Source: Candidatus Krumholzibacteriia bacterium
GTDB lineage: Bacteria; Krumholzibacteriota; Krumholzibacteriia; JAJRXK01
NCBI GenBank assembly: GCA_041484665.1
Contig: JBGPIA010000001.1
Location: 544,001-608,000 of the forward strand
Direction: 5' to 3'
DNA: 64,000 nt
Below are positions 48,564-58,148 of the stretch, in pieces. Every line of letters begins with the position of its first letter. Positions within the stretch are counted from its first letter, which is position 1. The notes below the pieces were generated by a model. The model was not told where the DNA came from and did not search any database. It worked only from the letters and a program-made list of their open reading frames with translations. The position numbers and the translations under genes were made by a program.

Positions 48564-49088
48564 TCAGCTGCCAGCGACCTTGCAAAACGTCATCCGCTCG
48601 TGGTCCTTCACCACGCCCGGGAAGCGCAGCACCTGGTTGTGCATCGCGACGTACACTCCCGGGGGGACGACCTGCACGGCCAAGAGCGCCTCGGTGAGGT
48701 TTTGCAGCGCGTCGGTATTGCGCAGCTCCCACGGCTTCATGGCGCCGGTGAGCACGATCGGCACCGTCGGCTTCTCCCCCAGCCGCCGCACCAGCAGCTC
48801 GCCGGTCAAGTGCAGGCGGTCGGTGCCATGGGTGATGATCAGCCCGTCGTGGGACTCGCAATAGGCTCCGGCGACCTTCACGATGCGCTCGTGGTCGGAC
48901 TCGGCCAGCTCGAGCGAATCCACGTTCATCACGGGGATCCGGTCGATGACCACGCCGTTGAGCACGAGCTGGCCCAGCATGATCTCCAGCACGCTGCGCT
49001 GGTTGGAGAGTGTGCCGCTGGAATCGCAGTAGGTCTTCTCGATGGTGCCGCCGGTGGACAGGATGGCGATGCGTTTGGGCTGGGCCAT
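48564..49088 (-). CDS. Short single-domain asparaginase-family protein
   Basis: STGGTIEK, THGTD and TGAM motifs in 174 aa. Confidence 0.88.
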   Translation of the reverse strand: MAQPKRIAILSTGGTIEKTYCDSSGTLSNQRSVLEIMLGQLVLNGVVIDRIPVMNVDSLELAESDHERIVKVAGAYCESHDGLIITHGTDRLHLTGELLVRRLGEKPTVPIVLTGAMKPWELRNTDALQNLTEALLAVQVVPPGVYVAMHNQVLRFPGVVKDHERMTFCKVAGS

Positions 49089-49156
49089 GGCCGGCGGAGG
49101 ATAGCATCCCGCGCGCCAGGTCTCCAGCCTGGGCGCGCTGCCGCTCGGCCGGCCCC

Positions 49157-50608
49157 CTATCCCTTCACCACCACCAGCGGCCGCAGGCGCGCCACCTTGC
49201 GACTGATCCCGGCCGCCACCACCGCGTCCACCACGTCGGCCACGTCCTTGTAGGCGGCCGCCGTCTCCTCCTGTTGGGTGCGCAGGTTTGCGGAGCGCAC
49301 GTGGATTCCGCGGTCCTCGAGCTCGCGGGCGATGGCGCGGTGGCGCTCCTGCTTGCGCGCGGCCGTGCGGCTGAGGCGGCGGCCCGCCCCATGGCACGTG
49401 CTGCCGAACGTCAGCCGCATCGCCTCCGCCGTGCCCACCAATACGTAGCTGTAGCGCTCCATGTCACCGGGGATCAGCACCGGCTGGCCGACGTCGCGGT
49501 AGTCCGCGGGCACGTCGGCATGCCCGGCCGGGAATGCCCGCGTGGCTCCCTTGCGGTGCACGCAGACGCGGCGCGGCTTGCCGGCAATCACGTGGGTCTC
49601 GAGCTTCGCGATGTTGTGGGCGATCTCGTACACCGTGCGCGCACCAAGCTCACGCGGCGTGATCTCCAACGCGGCGCAGAGCGCCTTGACGGCACGGCCG
49701 GCCAGGATCTGGCGGTTCGCGAACGCGAAGTTCACGGCGGCATTCATCGCGCCCAGATAAGCGCGGCCCTCGGGCGATTCGAGCGGCACGCAGCACAGCT
49801 GGCGGTCAGGCACCTGGATGCGATGACGCACCATGGCCGGCTCCATGGTCTTGAGGAAATCCGTGCACACCTGATGCCCGAGCCCGCGGCTGCCGCTGTG
49901 CAACAGCAGCGTCACCTGCCCCACGCGCAGCCCGAAGGCGCGCGCTGCCTCCTGGTCGTAGAGCTCGTCGACCACCCCCACCTCCATGAAATGATTGCCC
50001 GAGCCCAGCGTACCGAGCTGGTCCTTGCCACGCTCCAGCGCCCGCGCGCTGACCTGTGCGGGGTCGGCGCCGCCCATGCAGCCCTGCTCCTCGACGTGCT
50101 CGATGTCCGCGCGATCGCCGAAGCCGCGCTCCACGGCCCAGGCAGCGCCGCGCGCGAGCACGGCCTGTAGCTCGTGGGGAGCGGCACGCACGTCCCCGCC
50201 GCGCCCGACGCCGCAGGGGACGTGGGCGTAGAGCAGGTCGGCAATGTGGGGCAGGCGCGCGCGGATGTCGCTCTCCTGCAGGGCGAACGCGAGCAGTCGC
50301 ACGCCGCAGTTGATGTCGTAGCCGACCCCGCCGGGGCTGATCACACCGCGCTCGGCGTCGGTGGCGGCGACCCCGCCGATGGGAAAACCGTAGCCCATGT
50401 GCACGTCGGGCATGGCCCACACGCTGCCCAGAGCGCCGGGCAGCGTGGCGACGTTGCGCAGCTGCTCGAGCGACTCGCGGTCCTCGCGGATCGCGTCGAG
50501 CATGCCGTGGGTGGCGATGAAGCGCGCGGGGACGCGCCCGTCCGCGCGGCTCTCCAGCTCCCAGATCGCCTCTCCGGCCGGCCGGATCTTGAGGAACTGC
50601 GTCGCCAT
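49157..50608 (-). CDS. rtcB: RNA ligase RtcB
   Basis: PDVHMGYGFPIGG, GYDINCG, GSGNHF, HSGSRG, HRKGAT and HGAGR motifs. Confidence 0.97.
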   Translation of the reverse strand: MATQFLKIRPAGEAIWELESRADGRVPARFIATHGMLDAIREDRESLEQLRNVATLPGALGSVWAMPDVHMGYGFPIGGVAATDAERGVISPGGVGYDINCGVRLLAFALQESDIRARLPHIADLLYAHVPCGVGRGGDVRAAPHELQAVLARGAAWAVERGFGDRADIEHVEEQGCMGGADPAQVSARALERGKDQLGTLGSGNHFMEVGVVDELYDQEAARAFGLRVGQVTLLLHSGSRGLGHQVCTDFLKTMEPAMVRHRIQVPDRQLCCVPLESPEGRAYLGAMNAAVNFAFANRQILAGRAVKALCAALEITPRELGARTVYEIAHNIAKLETHVIAGKPRRVCVHRKGATRAFPAGHADVPADYRDVGQPVLIPGDMERYSYVLVGTAEAMRLTFGSTCHGAGRRLSRTAARKQERHRAIARELEDRGIHVRSANLRTQQEETAAAYKDVADVVDAVVAAGISRKVARLRPLVVVKG

Positions 50609-50650
50609 GAACGCCTCGCGCGCGTGCGCCCGTGCTCGCGATGAAGGGGG

Positions 50651-51073
50651 TCAGATGTCCAGCAGCACGAACGCCACGAAGCCCTCGTCGGTGGCCCGCA
50701 CGGAGAGCTCGTGCCACGTGACTGCCTTGACCTCCAGGTGGGCGGCGTGGCGCTGCGGGTCGAAGCGCTCGCCTGCCACCTGCGCGCGCAACGCCGTGCC
50801 GGCGTGGGTCACCTCGACCTCGAAGTGGCCGTACATCTCGCCGTGGATCTGATGGAGGCTGTTGAGCTCCTCGAGCCACTCGTGGAGCAGCTCGGCGGCT
50901 CCGGCGGCCCGCAGACGCAGGTCGCGCGTCAGCGCCGGCTGCACGGAGCCCGGCTCGCCGATCACCGAGAAGAGACCGAGCGCCATCTGCACGAAGAGCT
51001 GCCCCAGATCGGGTGCGCGGCCGCGGATCCCGAGGTCGGCAGTGTGGTCGACCAGCTCGAAGCTGGGCTGCAT
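50651..51073 (-). CDS. Archease
   Basis: DHTAD N-terminal motif, VKAVTWH and a terminal DI. Confidence 0.95.
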   Translation of the reverse strand: MQPSFELVDHTADLGIRGRAPDLGQLFVQMALGLFSVIGEPGSVQPALTRDLRLRAAGAAELLHEWLEELNSLHQIHGEMYGHFEVEVTHAGTALRAQVAGERFDPQRHAAHLEVKAVTWHELSVRATDEGFVAFVLLDI

Positions 51074-51230
51074 GAGCTGAGCTTCCCCAGGCGCATCGAG
51101 GAGTGTGCGGACACCGGTCGCGGCCCTGCGGGCGCCGCGCCCCCACGCTCAAGAGTAGTCCGCGGCGGGGTCGCTGACCAAGGTCAACCGCCCGGCCCCG
51201 CGACCCACGAGCGAGGGACCCCACACAACG

Positions 51231-51258
51231 AGCGAGGGGCCCGCAGAGGCCCCTCGCT
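51231..51258. terminator. 11-bp GC stem-loop downstream of the WGxxKxxY gene pair
   Basis: AGCGAGGGGCC-cgcaga-GGCCCCTCGCT. No clear U-tract. Confidence 0.45.
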
Positions 51259-51329
51259 GCCAGCGTCGGTCGGTCTGCGCGCCAATCGTGCGCCACGGGG
51301 GGCGCACGCCGCGCAGGCAAGGGTGCGGC

Positions 51330-51950
51330 CTAGGGCTGGTAGTCGCCCTTGACGCGGCCCCAGCTCTTGAGCTCGTTGGGAATGATCGGCGACTGGGGCT
51401 CCACCTTGCCATCCCAGTTCTCGTCGTAGCCGGCCACGACGAACTCGGGACGGCGGCTGATCCCCGTGACGAACGCCCAGCCGAGACGGTCGGAGGGCGA
51501 GATCAGGGCGATCTGCGTCCCGCCGGTCCAGTCTGTCAGCCCGTTGGCCGTGCCCAGGGTGGGCAGGACCAGCGTACGGTTCAGCGTCCGCAGGACGCCG
51601 ATCAGGATCTGGGTGCCGTCGGTGAAGGTCGCCGGATTGGAATAGTCGGCCGGCGTCGCGTTGTCCTCGTACAGGACGATCGCCCCGTTCAAGTACTGCT
51701 GCGTGGGGGACCCGGCCACCCAGGTCAGGTTCGTCACCACCAGCGTGTACTGGAAATTGGCGAAGTCCAGCGGGATCGGCGTCGGCACCTGGTTGTTGTT
51801 GGTGACGATGCTGTACATGGTGAGCGTCCCGCCCACCTGGGCCGGCACGCGGGCCTGCCCGTTGAAGTCAAAGAACTGCTGAGCCTGGGCCGCAACCGGC
51901 ACGACCGCCAGAACGACCGCGGCGAGAAGCAGCGACTGCATTCTCTTCAT
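51330..51950 (-). CDS. Secreted hypothetical protein with a C-terminal SWGRVKGDY tail
   Basis: Sec signal ending AQA, GGAGG RBS, and paralogous to the upstream gene. Confidence 0.88.
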   Translation of the reverse strand: MKRMQSLLLAAVVLAVVPVAAQAQQFFDFNGQARVPAQVGGTLTMYSIVTNNNQVPTPIPLDFANFQYTLVVTNLTWVAGSPTQQYLNGAIVLYEDNATPADYSNPATFTDGTQILIGVLRTLNRTLVLPTLGTANGLTDWTGGTQIALISPSDRLGWAFVTGISRRPEFVVAGYDENWDGKVEPQSPIIPNELKSWGRVKGDYQP

Positions 51951-52002
51951 CTGCTAGTCCTCCGGTCGTCAACACCTTCCGGTGTGACGGAAGTGGTTTC
52001 GG

Positions 52003-52677
52003 TCAGTTCCGGTAGAGCGCCTTGAGAGCGCCCCAGCCCGTGGTCTCACGCGGAACGGCCCGGTTGACCTCCAAGGTCCCATCGATCTGGAGGTCGTAGC
52101 CTTCGAGCACCTGCGCTCCGGTGCCGCGCGTGAACGCGCCGCCGAAGGTGTAGGCACAGCCACTGCACAGCTGCACGGCAGAGCCGCCGACGCCGTCGAG
52201 GTTGCCCTCGTACGTGCCGGCCCCGGGGCCGGTGAAGATCAGCGTGAAGCTGGTGAAGGCACCGCGGAACAGGAGCGTCCCGTCGGTGAATGTTGAGGGA
52301 ACCGAGCCGTTAGGAGGAAACGTTCCCCAATCACGGTTGCGGGCGGGATCGGAGTAGAGCTCGAGGGTGCCGCCGTTGTAGCTGATGATCGTCCAGCCGG
52401 TGTTCACATCGGTGAACTCGCCGGCGCTCGTCAGCCCGTAGATGAAGATCGTGGCTTCCTCGCTCGCGAGATTGACCCCGAACATGGGATCGATCACGTC
52501 GGCGACCGCCGCGATCTGGAGCGCGTCACCGACGTTGCTGGGCGGAACGCCCCCGCTCTCCCACCCGTACCCGACGTAGTCGACGATGGCCGTCTGGGCC
52601 AGCGCAGGGCTTGCTGCGAGAGCGCCGGCGACGAGCGCCGCCAGCACTTTCAATAGCGTTTTGGTCATGCGTCCCAT
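52003..52677 (-). CDS. Secreted hypothetical protein with a C-terminal GWGALKALY tail
   Basis: Sec signal ending ALA, GGGAGGT RBS and a shared PxTFTDGT core. Confidence 0.88.
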   Translation of the reverse strand: MGRMTKTLLKVLAALVAGALAASPALAQTAIVDYVGYGWESGGVPPSNVGDALQIAAVADVIDPMFGVNLASEEATIFIYGLTSAGEFTDVNTGWTIISYNGGTLELYSDPARNRDWGTFPPNGSVPSTFTDGTLLFRGAFTSFTLIFTGPGAGTYEGNLDGVGGSAVQLCSGCAYTFGGAFTRGTGAQVLEGYDLQIDGTLEVNRAVPRETTGWGALKALYRN

Positions 52678-53077
52678 ACCTCCCGTGCGACCTGGACATC
52701 CCCGCTGCGAGAGAACGGACGGGTCCCCTCCAGCGATCGGGATGAGCTGTAGTGTCGATCGGCGTCTCCGGCCGGCGGATGCCGTGCGCAGCCAGAGGTT
52801 GAGAGCAAGGTTGTCGTTCCCGCGGACGAGTCTCGAGGAGGGAGCGGCGATGCCGCGCCCGAGGGAGCAAGACGACGGAGCGCCCGGTGTCGTCTACGAA
52901 GGAGTTTAGCACGGGACGGAATCCCGCGGAAGTTCCGGATTTGTGAACGGTCGCGCATTCCTTTCACCCTCGACGGGCGACGCGCTTCGCGGCATCCCGC
53001 GTCGGCCACGAGGCGAGCGGATGGCGCTACCGCAGGCGGCCGGCGCTCAGAGGCCCCGCGTCTGAGCATCCGGGCGC

Positions 53078-54058
53078 CTAGATCCGGCCGATGAAGTGGG
53101 TCCCCCCCCGCCCCTCGATCGCATCGCCGAGGCTGTCGGGATTCGTGATCAGCGCGCGCACTCCGCCGCGGCGGAGGAACTCGATCACCGCGTCGATCTT
53201 CGGTCCCATGCTGCCCGGGGGGAAATGACCCTGGTCTCGCAACTCCTCGATCTCGCGCAGGGTGACCGCCCCCAGCGCACGCTGCTGCGGTGTGTTGAAT
53301 CCGGCGTAGACCTGGGCGACGGCGGTGAGGACGATGAAGAGGTCGGCGCCGATCTCGGTGGCCAGGATGCTGCTCGTGAGGTCCTTGTCGATCACGGCCT
53401 CGATGCCCTTGTAGTCGCCGGAAGCGTCGTCCTCGACGATGGGGATTCCGCCGCCGCCGCCAGCCAGGACGATGTGCCCCTGCCGCGCCGCATCCTGGAT
53501 CGTGTGGCGCTGGATGACCTTGATCGGAGCCGGGGACGGCACCAACCGCCGCCAGCCGCGGCCAGCGTCCTCCTTGACCATCCAACCGAGCGTGGCAGCG
53601 CGCTTGCGCGCCTCGGCCTCGCTCAGGAAGGGCCCGATGGGCTTGCTGGGCCGCTGAAACGCCGGGTCCTTGCCGTCCACGAGCACCTGGGTGACGACGG
53701 TGAGCACGTAGCGGCGAATCCCCCTGCGCCGCAGCTGATTCAGCAGCGCCTGCTGCAGGATGTAGCCGAGGCTGCCCTCCGTCTGCGCCACGAGGACATC
53801 CAGCGGCATGGCGGGGATCTCCTTCTGCGTCAGCTCCTGCTGCAGCAGAAGATTGCCGACCTGCGGGCCGTTGCCGTGCGTGAGGACCAGGTTGTAGCCG
53901 CGGTCCACCAGCGTCATGAGCAGCTCGCACAGGTGGTGCGCGTTGCGCTCGTGCTCTTCGATCGTGCCGCTCTCGCCCGCCTCCATGAAGGCGTGCCCAC
54001 CCACGGCGACCAGCGCGATCGGATTCTCCTTCTGGGACGCTGTCGCGGTGCTCGCCAT
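53078..54058 (-). CDS. arcC: Carbamate kinase
   Basis: THGNGPQVG, KPIGPF, RRLVPSP, EAVIDKD and GSMGPK motifs. Confidence 0.94.
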   Translation of the reverse strand: MASTATASQKENPIALVAVGGHAFMEAGESGTIEEHERNAHHLCELLMTLVDRGYNLVLTHGNGPQVGNLLLQQELTQKEIPAMPLDVLVAQTEGSLGYILQQALLNQLRRRGIRRYVLTVVTQVLVDGKDPAFQRPSKPIGPFLSEAEARKRAATLGWMVKEDAGRGWRRLVPSPAPIKVIQRHTIQDAARQGHIVLAGGGGGIPIVEDDASGDYKGIEAVIDKDLTSSILATEIGADLFIVLTAVAQVYAGFNTPQQRALGAVTLREIEELRDQGHFPPGSMGPKIDAVIEFLRRGGVRALITNPDSLGDAIEGRGGTHFIGRI

Positions 54059-54378
54059 GACCCCTCCCGGCCCTGCGCCCGTCGTGTGCGGTTTTGCGGT
54101 CGGGACATGGTACGGGAAAGCGCCGGGCGTTGCACCGCTGGAGTCGCGCAGGCTGCGCGCGGTGCCCACCGGCGGCTTGCTGGGCCATCTTCATGGTCGG
54201 CCAGAGCCCCGCTGGGCCCGCCCTCTGCTGGGGCGGCGACTCGTGGCGGCCGCGCCGGGCGAGACCGGCAGGTCTGCGGCGCGGCCCTGCGCGCTCGCGC
54301 GCCGGCCCCCCGGCGCGGCCCGACCTCGCCCCGCGTCGGGCGGCCGCCTCCAGCGCGCTTGCCAGCGAGCCCGCGGCA

Positions 54379-54456
54379 GAGCTTGATTGTGGCCGGGGGC
54401 GAACGCCAGTGTGGTTGGACGAGCTCGAATGTGGCCGCGCGAGCTCGAGCGTGGCC
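54379..54456 (+). repeat. Phased 16-bp direct repeats upstream of amrS
   Basis: GAGCTTGATTGTGGCC (54379), GAGCTCGAATGTGGCC (54421), GAGCTCGAGCGTGGCC (54441) and a degenerate copy at 54401. Confidence 0.7.
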
Positions 54457-54470
54457 TGGGAGGTGCACCC

Positions 54471-55556
54471 ATGAGTCGAACGACAGACGCCGCCAGCCTG
54501 CGCGCGGTGCTGGCGCAGCGCACCGCCGACGCCGACCCCGCGCTGATCGAAGACCTGGGCGAGGGCGCGCTGCGCTGCCTCGCCTGCGGCCACCGCTGCA
54601 AGGTCGGCGACGGGAAGCGAGGCATTTGCCAGGTGCGTTTCAACGAGGGCGGCCGGCTGCGGGTGCCGTGGGGCTACGTGGCCGGGCTGCAGCTGGATCC
54701 CATCGAGAAGAAACCGTTCTTCCACGCCTTCCCGGGCGAGGGCGCCCTCTCCTTCGGGATGATGGGCTGCGACCTCCACTGCGCCTACTGCCAGAACTGG
54801 GTCACCAGCCAGGCGCTGCGTGACGATGAGGCCGTTTCGTCCGTGCGCGCCGTGACCCCCCGGCAGGTCGTGGATCTGGCGCAGCACCATGGCAGCCGCG
54901 TGCTGGTCAGCACGTACAACGAGCCGCTCATCACCAGTGAGTGGGCCGCCGCCGTCTTTCGCGAGGGCAAGGCGCGCGGCATGACCTGCGCCTACGTGAG
55001 CAATGGCAACGGCACGCCGGAGGTGCTCGACTACCTGCGACCGCTGGTGGACTTGTACAAAGTCGACCTCAAGGGTTTCGACGACCGCCGCTATCGCCAG
55101 CTGGGCGGCGTGCTCGCCAACGTCCTGCGCACGATCGAGCAGCTCAAGGCGCGCGGATTCTGGATCGAGGTCGTGACGCTGGTGATCCCGGGCTTCAATG
55201 ACGGCGAAACGGAGCTGCGCGGCATCGCGGAGTTCCTCGCCGGGATCGGGCGCGAGATCCCCTGGCACGTGACGGCGTTCCATCCCGACTACAAGATGGG
55301 TGACACGCAGGCCACCAGCGCGCAGACGCTGCTGCGCGCCTACGAGCTGGGCAAGGCCGCCGGCCTGTGGTTCGTCTATCCGGGGAACCTGCCCGGCCGC
55401 GTCGGTGACGGTGAATCCACCTTCTGCCCGCGCTGCAACGCGCTCCTGATCGCCCGCCTGGGCTTCCGCGTGATGAGTAATCGCGTGCAGGGCGGACGCT
55501 GTCCCGACTGCGCGTTCGAAGTGCCCGGGGTGTGGAGCCGGCGCCCGGAGGCCTGA
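54471..55556 (+). CDS. amrS: AmmeMemoRadiSam system radical SAM enzyme
   Basis: CxxCxHxC N-terminus, DPIEKKP, GCDLHCAYCQNW, TYNEP and C-terminal CxxC pairs. Confidence 0.93.
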   Translation: MSRTTDAASLRAVLAQRTADADPALIEDLGEGALRCLACGHRCKVGDGKRGICQVRFNEGGRLRVPWGYVAGLQLDPIEKKPFFHAFPGEGALSFGMMGCDLHCAYCQNWVTSQALRDDEAVSSVRAVTPRQVVDLAQHHGSRVLVSTYNEPLITSEWAAAVFREGKARGMTCAYVSNGNGTPEVLDYLRPLVDLYKVDLKGFDDRRYRQLGGVLANVLRTIEQLKARGFWIEVVTLVIPGFNDGETELRGIAEFLAGIGREIPWHVTAFHPDYKMGDTQATSAQTLLRAYELGKAAGLWFVYPGNLPGRVGDGESTFCPRCNALLIARLGFRVMSNRVQGGRCPDCAFEVPGVWSRRPEA

Positions 55557-55571
55557 GCGCACCCAACCCCG

Positions 55572-57875
55572 TCAATCCAGCGCGCCGCCGCCTGCCTCGC
55601 CCGAGCGCGCCGCACCGGCACCCGCCAGCCGCTCCGCCAGCCAGGTCATCCGCCGCTGCCGCGAGGCGTTGCGCACCGCGATGGCCAGCGCTTTGCGGCT
55701 GCCGACCAGCGTCACCAGCTGCTTACCGCGCGTCACCGCCGTATACAGCAGGTTGCGCTGCAGGAGCGCGTAGTGCTGGGTGTGCAGCGGCATGACCACG
55801 GCGGGGTACTCGCTGCCCTGCGCCTTGTGCACCGAGCAAGCGTAGGCCAGCACCAGCTCGTCGAGGTCTGCGCTCTCGTAGTCGACGCGCCGTCCCTCGA
55901 AATCGACGGTGACGCGGTCCGCGTCGATATCGAGATCGGAGATGCGGCCAATGTCGCCGTTGAAGACCTCGAGCCTGTAGTTGTTGCGGGTCTGCATCAC
56001 CTTGTCGCCCACACGGTAGGTGAGGCCGCGGCGCGCGATCCCCGGCCGGTCGGGGTTGAGCAGTTGCTGCAGACGCTCGTTGAGCTGGCGCGCCCCCAGC
56101 TCCCCTTTGTGCATGGGCGTGAGCACCTGGATGTCGTTGAGGGGGTCGAGGCCGAAGCGCCGGGGGATCCGCCGGGCCACCAGCTCCTCCAGCGCCGCGA
56201 GAATCTGGTCCGGCTCGTCGCGCTCGATGAAGAAGAAGTCGCCGGCTTCGTCCCCGGCCTGCTCGCAGGGCATCTGACCGTGGTTGATGCGGTGGGCATT
56301 GACCACGATGCTGCTGCGCTGGGCCTGGCGGAAGATGTGGTCCAGCCGCACCACGTCCACGGCGCGCGAGCGGATCAGATCCGCGAGCACGGCGCCGGGA
56401 CCGACCGAGGGGAGCTGGTCCACGTCGCCGACCAGCACCAGCTGGCAGGACGGTGGCAGCGCCTTGAGCAGGTCGTAGAACAACACAACGTCCACCATGG
56501 AGACCTCGTCGGCGACGACCAAGTCGGCCTCCAGCGGGTGGTCCTGGCGCCGGGCGAACTCCATGGTGCGCGGGCTGAACTCCAGCAGGCGATGGATCGT
56601 GAGCGCGGGCCGGCCGGTCGCCTCGAACAGGCGCCGCGCGGCGCGCCCGGTCGGCGCGCACAGCAGGATGCGCCACCCCTTCCGCTCCAGGATCCGCAGG
56701 ATGGCCGTTACCAGGGTCGTCTTGCCGGTGCCAGGGCCGCCCGTGATTACCACGACCTTGCGCTGCACCGCCAGAGCCACCGCATCCTTCTGACGGTCGG
56801 CGAGCTGCAGGCCAGCCTTGGATTGGAACCACGCGATGGCTCGCGGCAGGTCGATGGCAACCGCCCGGGTCGGCGCGGCCAGCAGCTGGCGCAGCAAACG
56901 CGCGGCGCCGCTCTCGGCCACGTGCAGCGACTTCAAGAACACCCGGGGCACGGGCACGCTACCGGTGTGGGTGCGGGCGACGGCGATCGCGCGGTGGGGC
57001 CCGCTGGGGTCGCCTTCGCGTTGGTCGCGCAGCTCGTCGCCGGCGTGGCCGGCTGGGTCGTCGACAACGTCGGCCTCGCGCACGATCTTGCCCTCGTGCG
57101 CCAGCGTCTCGATCGCCTGCTCGATACGGTGCGCGTCGACCGCGAGCGCCTGCGCCGTGCTCTCCACCAGTCGGTCCTGCGGGCAGAGCACGTGCCCCGC
57201 GTCGGCGTGCTCGGAGAGCATGTGCAGCACGCCGGCGCGAGCCCGGTAGGGCGAGGTAGGAGCGACGCCCAGGCTGGCGGCAATGCGATCGGCCGTCTTG
57301 AACCCGATGCCGAAGATGTCCTCGGCGAGCTGGTAGGGGTTCTCGCGGACCACGGCGATCGAGCGCGGCCCGTAGCGCTTGTAGATCTTCACCGCGTAGG
57401 TGGCCGACACGCCGTGGGCCTGCAGGAAGATCATGACCTCGCGGATCTCCTTCTGCTGGGCCCACGCCTCCTGGATGGCACGCGAGCGCATCGGGCCGAT
57501 CCCGTCGACCTCGGTGAGGCGCTCGCCGTGGCGCTCGATGACGTCGAGAGTCTTCAGGCCGAAGCGGACGACCAGCCGCTCGGCCATGGCCTTGCCGATG
57601 CCCTTCACCAGCCCCGAGCCAAGGTAGCGCTGGATCCCCACCAGCGTCGCGGGGTGCATGGTCACCCAGGACTCCACCCGGAACTGCTGGCCATAGGTGC
57701 GGTCGTTCTGCCAGGTCCCGGTCAGGCGCACGCTCTCCCCAGGGCGCACCCCCAGGAGGTTTCCCACCGCGGTCAACGGCTCGCGCTCGCCCTCGATCAG
57801 CAGGCGGACGACGCTCCAGCCGTCGTCCTCGTTCGCGAAGACGACGCGGTCGAGGATGCCCTCCAGGACGCTCAT
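55572..57875 (-). CDS. recD2: RecD2-type ATP-dependent DNA helicase
   Basis: HhH KGIG, NPY, GIGF, GGPGTGKT, DEVSM, GDVDQL and HKAQGSEY motifs. Confidence 0.95.
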   Translation of the reverse strand: MSVLEGILDRVVFANEDDGWSVVRLLIEGEREPLTAVGNLLGVRPGESVRLTGTWQNDRTYGQQFRVESWVTMHPATLVGIQRYLGSGLVKGIGKAMAERLVVRFGLKTLDVIERHGERLTEVDGIGPMRSRAIQEAWAQQKEIREVMIFLQAHGVSATYAVKIYKRYGPRSIAVVRENPYQLAEDIFGIGFKTADRIAASLGVAPTSPYRARAGVLHMLSEHADAGHVLCPQDRLVESTAQALAVDAHRIEQAIETLAHEGKIVREADVVDDPAGHAGDELRDQREGDPSGPHRAIAVARTHTGSVPVPRVFLKSLHVAESGAARLLRQLLAAPTRAVAIDLPRAIAWFQSKAGLQLADRQKDAVALAVQRKVVVITGGPGTGKTTLVTAILRILERKGWRILLCAPTGRAARRLFEATGRPALTIHRLLEFSPRTMEFARRQDHPLEADLVVADEVSMVDVVLFYDLLKALPPSCQLVLVGDVDQLPSVGPGAVLADLIRSRAVDVVRLDHIFRQAQRSSIVVNAHRINHGQMPCEQAGDEAGDFFFIERDEPDQILAALEELVARRIPRRFGLDPLNDIQVLTPMHKGELGARQLNERLQQLLNPDRPGIARRGLTYRVGDKVMQTRNNYRLEVFNGDIGRISDLDIDADRVTVDFEGRRVDYESADLDELVLAYACSVHKAQGSEYPAVVMPLHTQHYALLQRNLLYTAVTRGKQLVTLVGSRKALAIAVRNASRQRRMTWLAERLAGAGAARSGEAGGGALD

Positions 57876-58148
57876 CGTGATGTGCTCCGTGGGAGGCGTG
57901 GCAAACCGGCCGGCTCTGACGCCGGGGCACCGGCCCACGCCACGCCCGGCCAAGGCGGTCGCGCGGCCGGCACTACCCTAGCACCATGGAACGGCAAGCG
58001 GCAGGCGCTGCCGCGCTCTACGTCCTATACTATGTGGCGGACACGGCGTCCGCTCCACGCACCCCGGCGTGTGCGGCACGCCGTCGCAAACGAGGAATTC
58101 CCGGGGCCGTGCCACACATGGGCCCGGCGTGACGTGCGCAGGAGGGTC

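Noticed and set aside
51074..51329. tRNA or Y-RNA next to archease-rtcB
   Set aside because: No cloverleaf or T-loop consensus was seen. Only an 11-bp direct repeat and a hairpin are present.
55773..58148. 978-aa ORF ending in Nfu
   Set aside because: The upstream part is antisense to recD2. The true start with an RBS is 58149.
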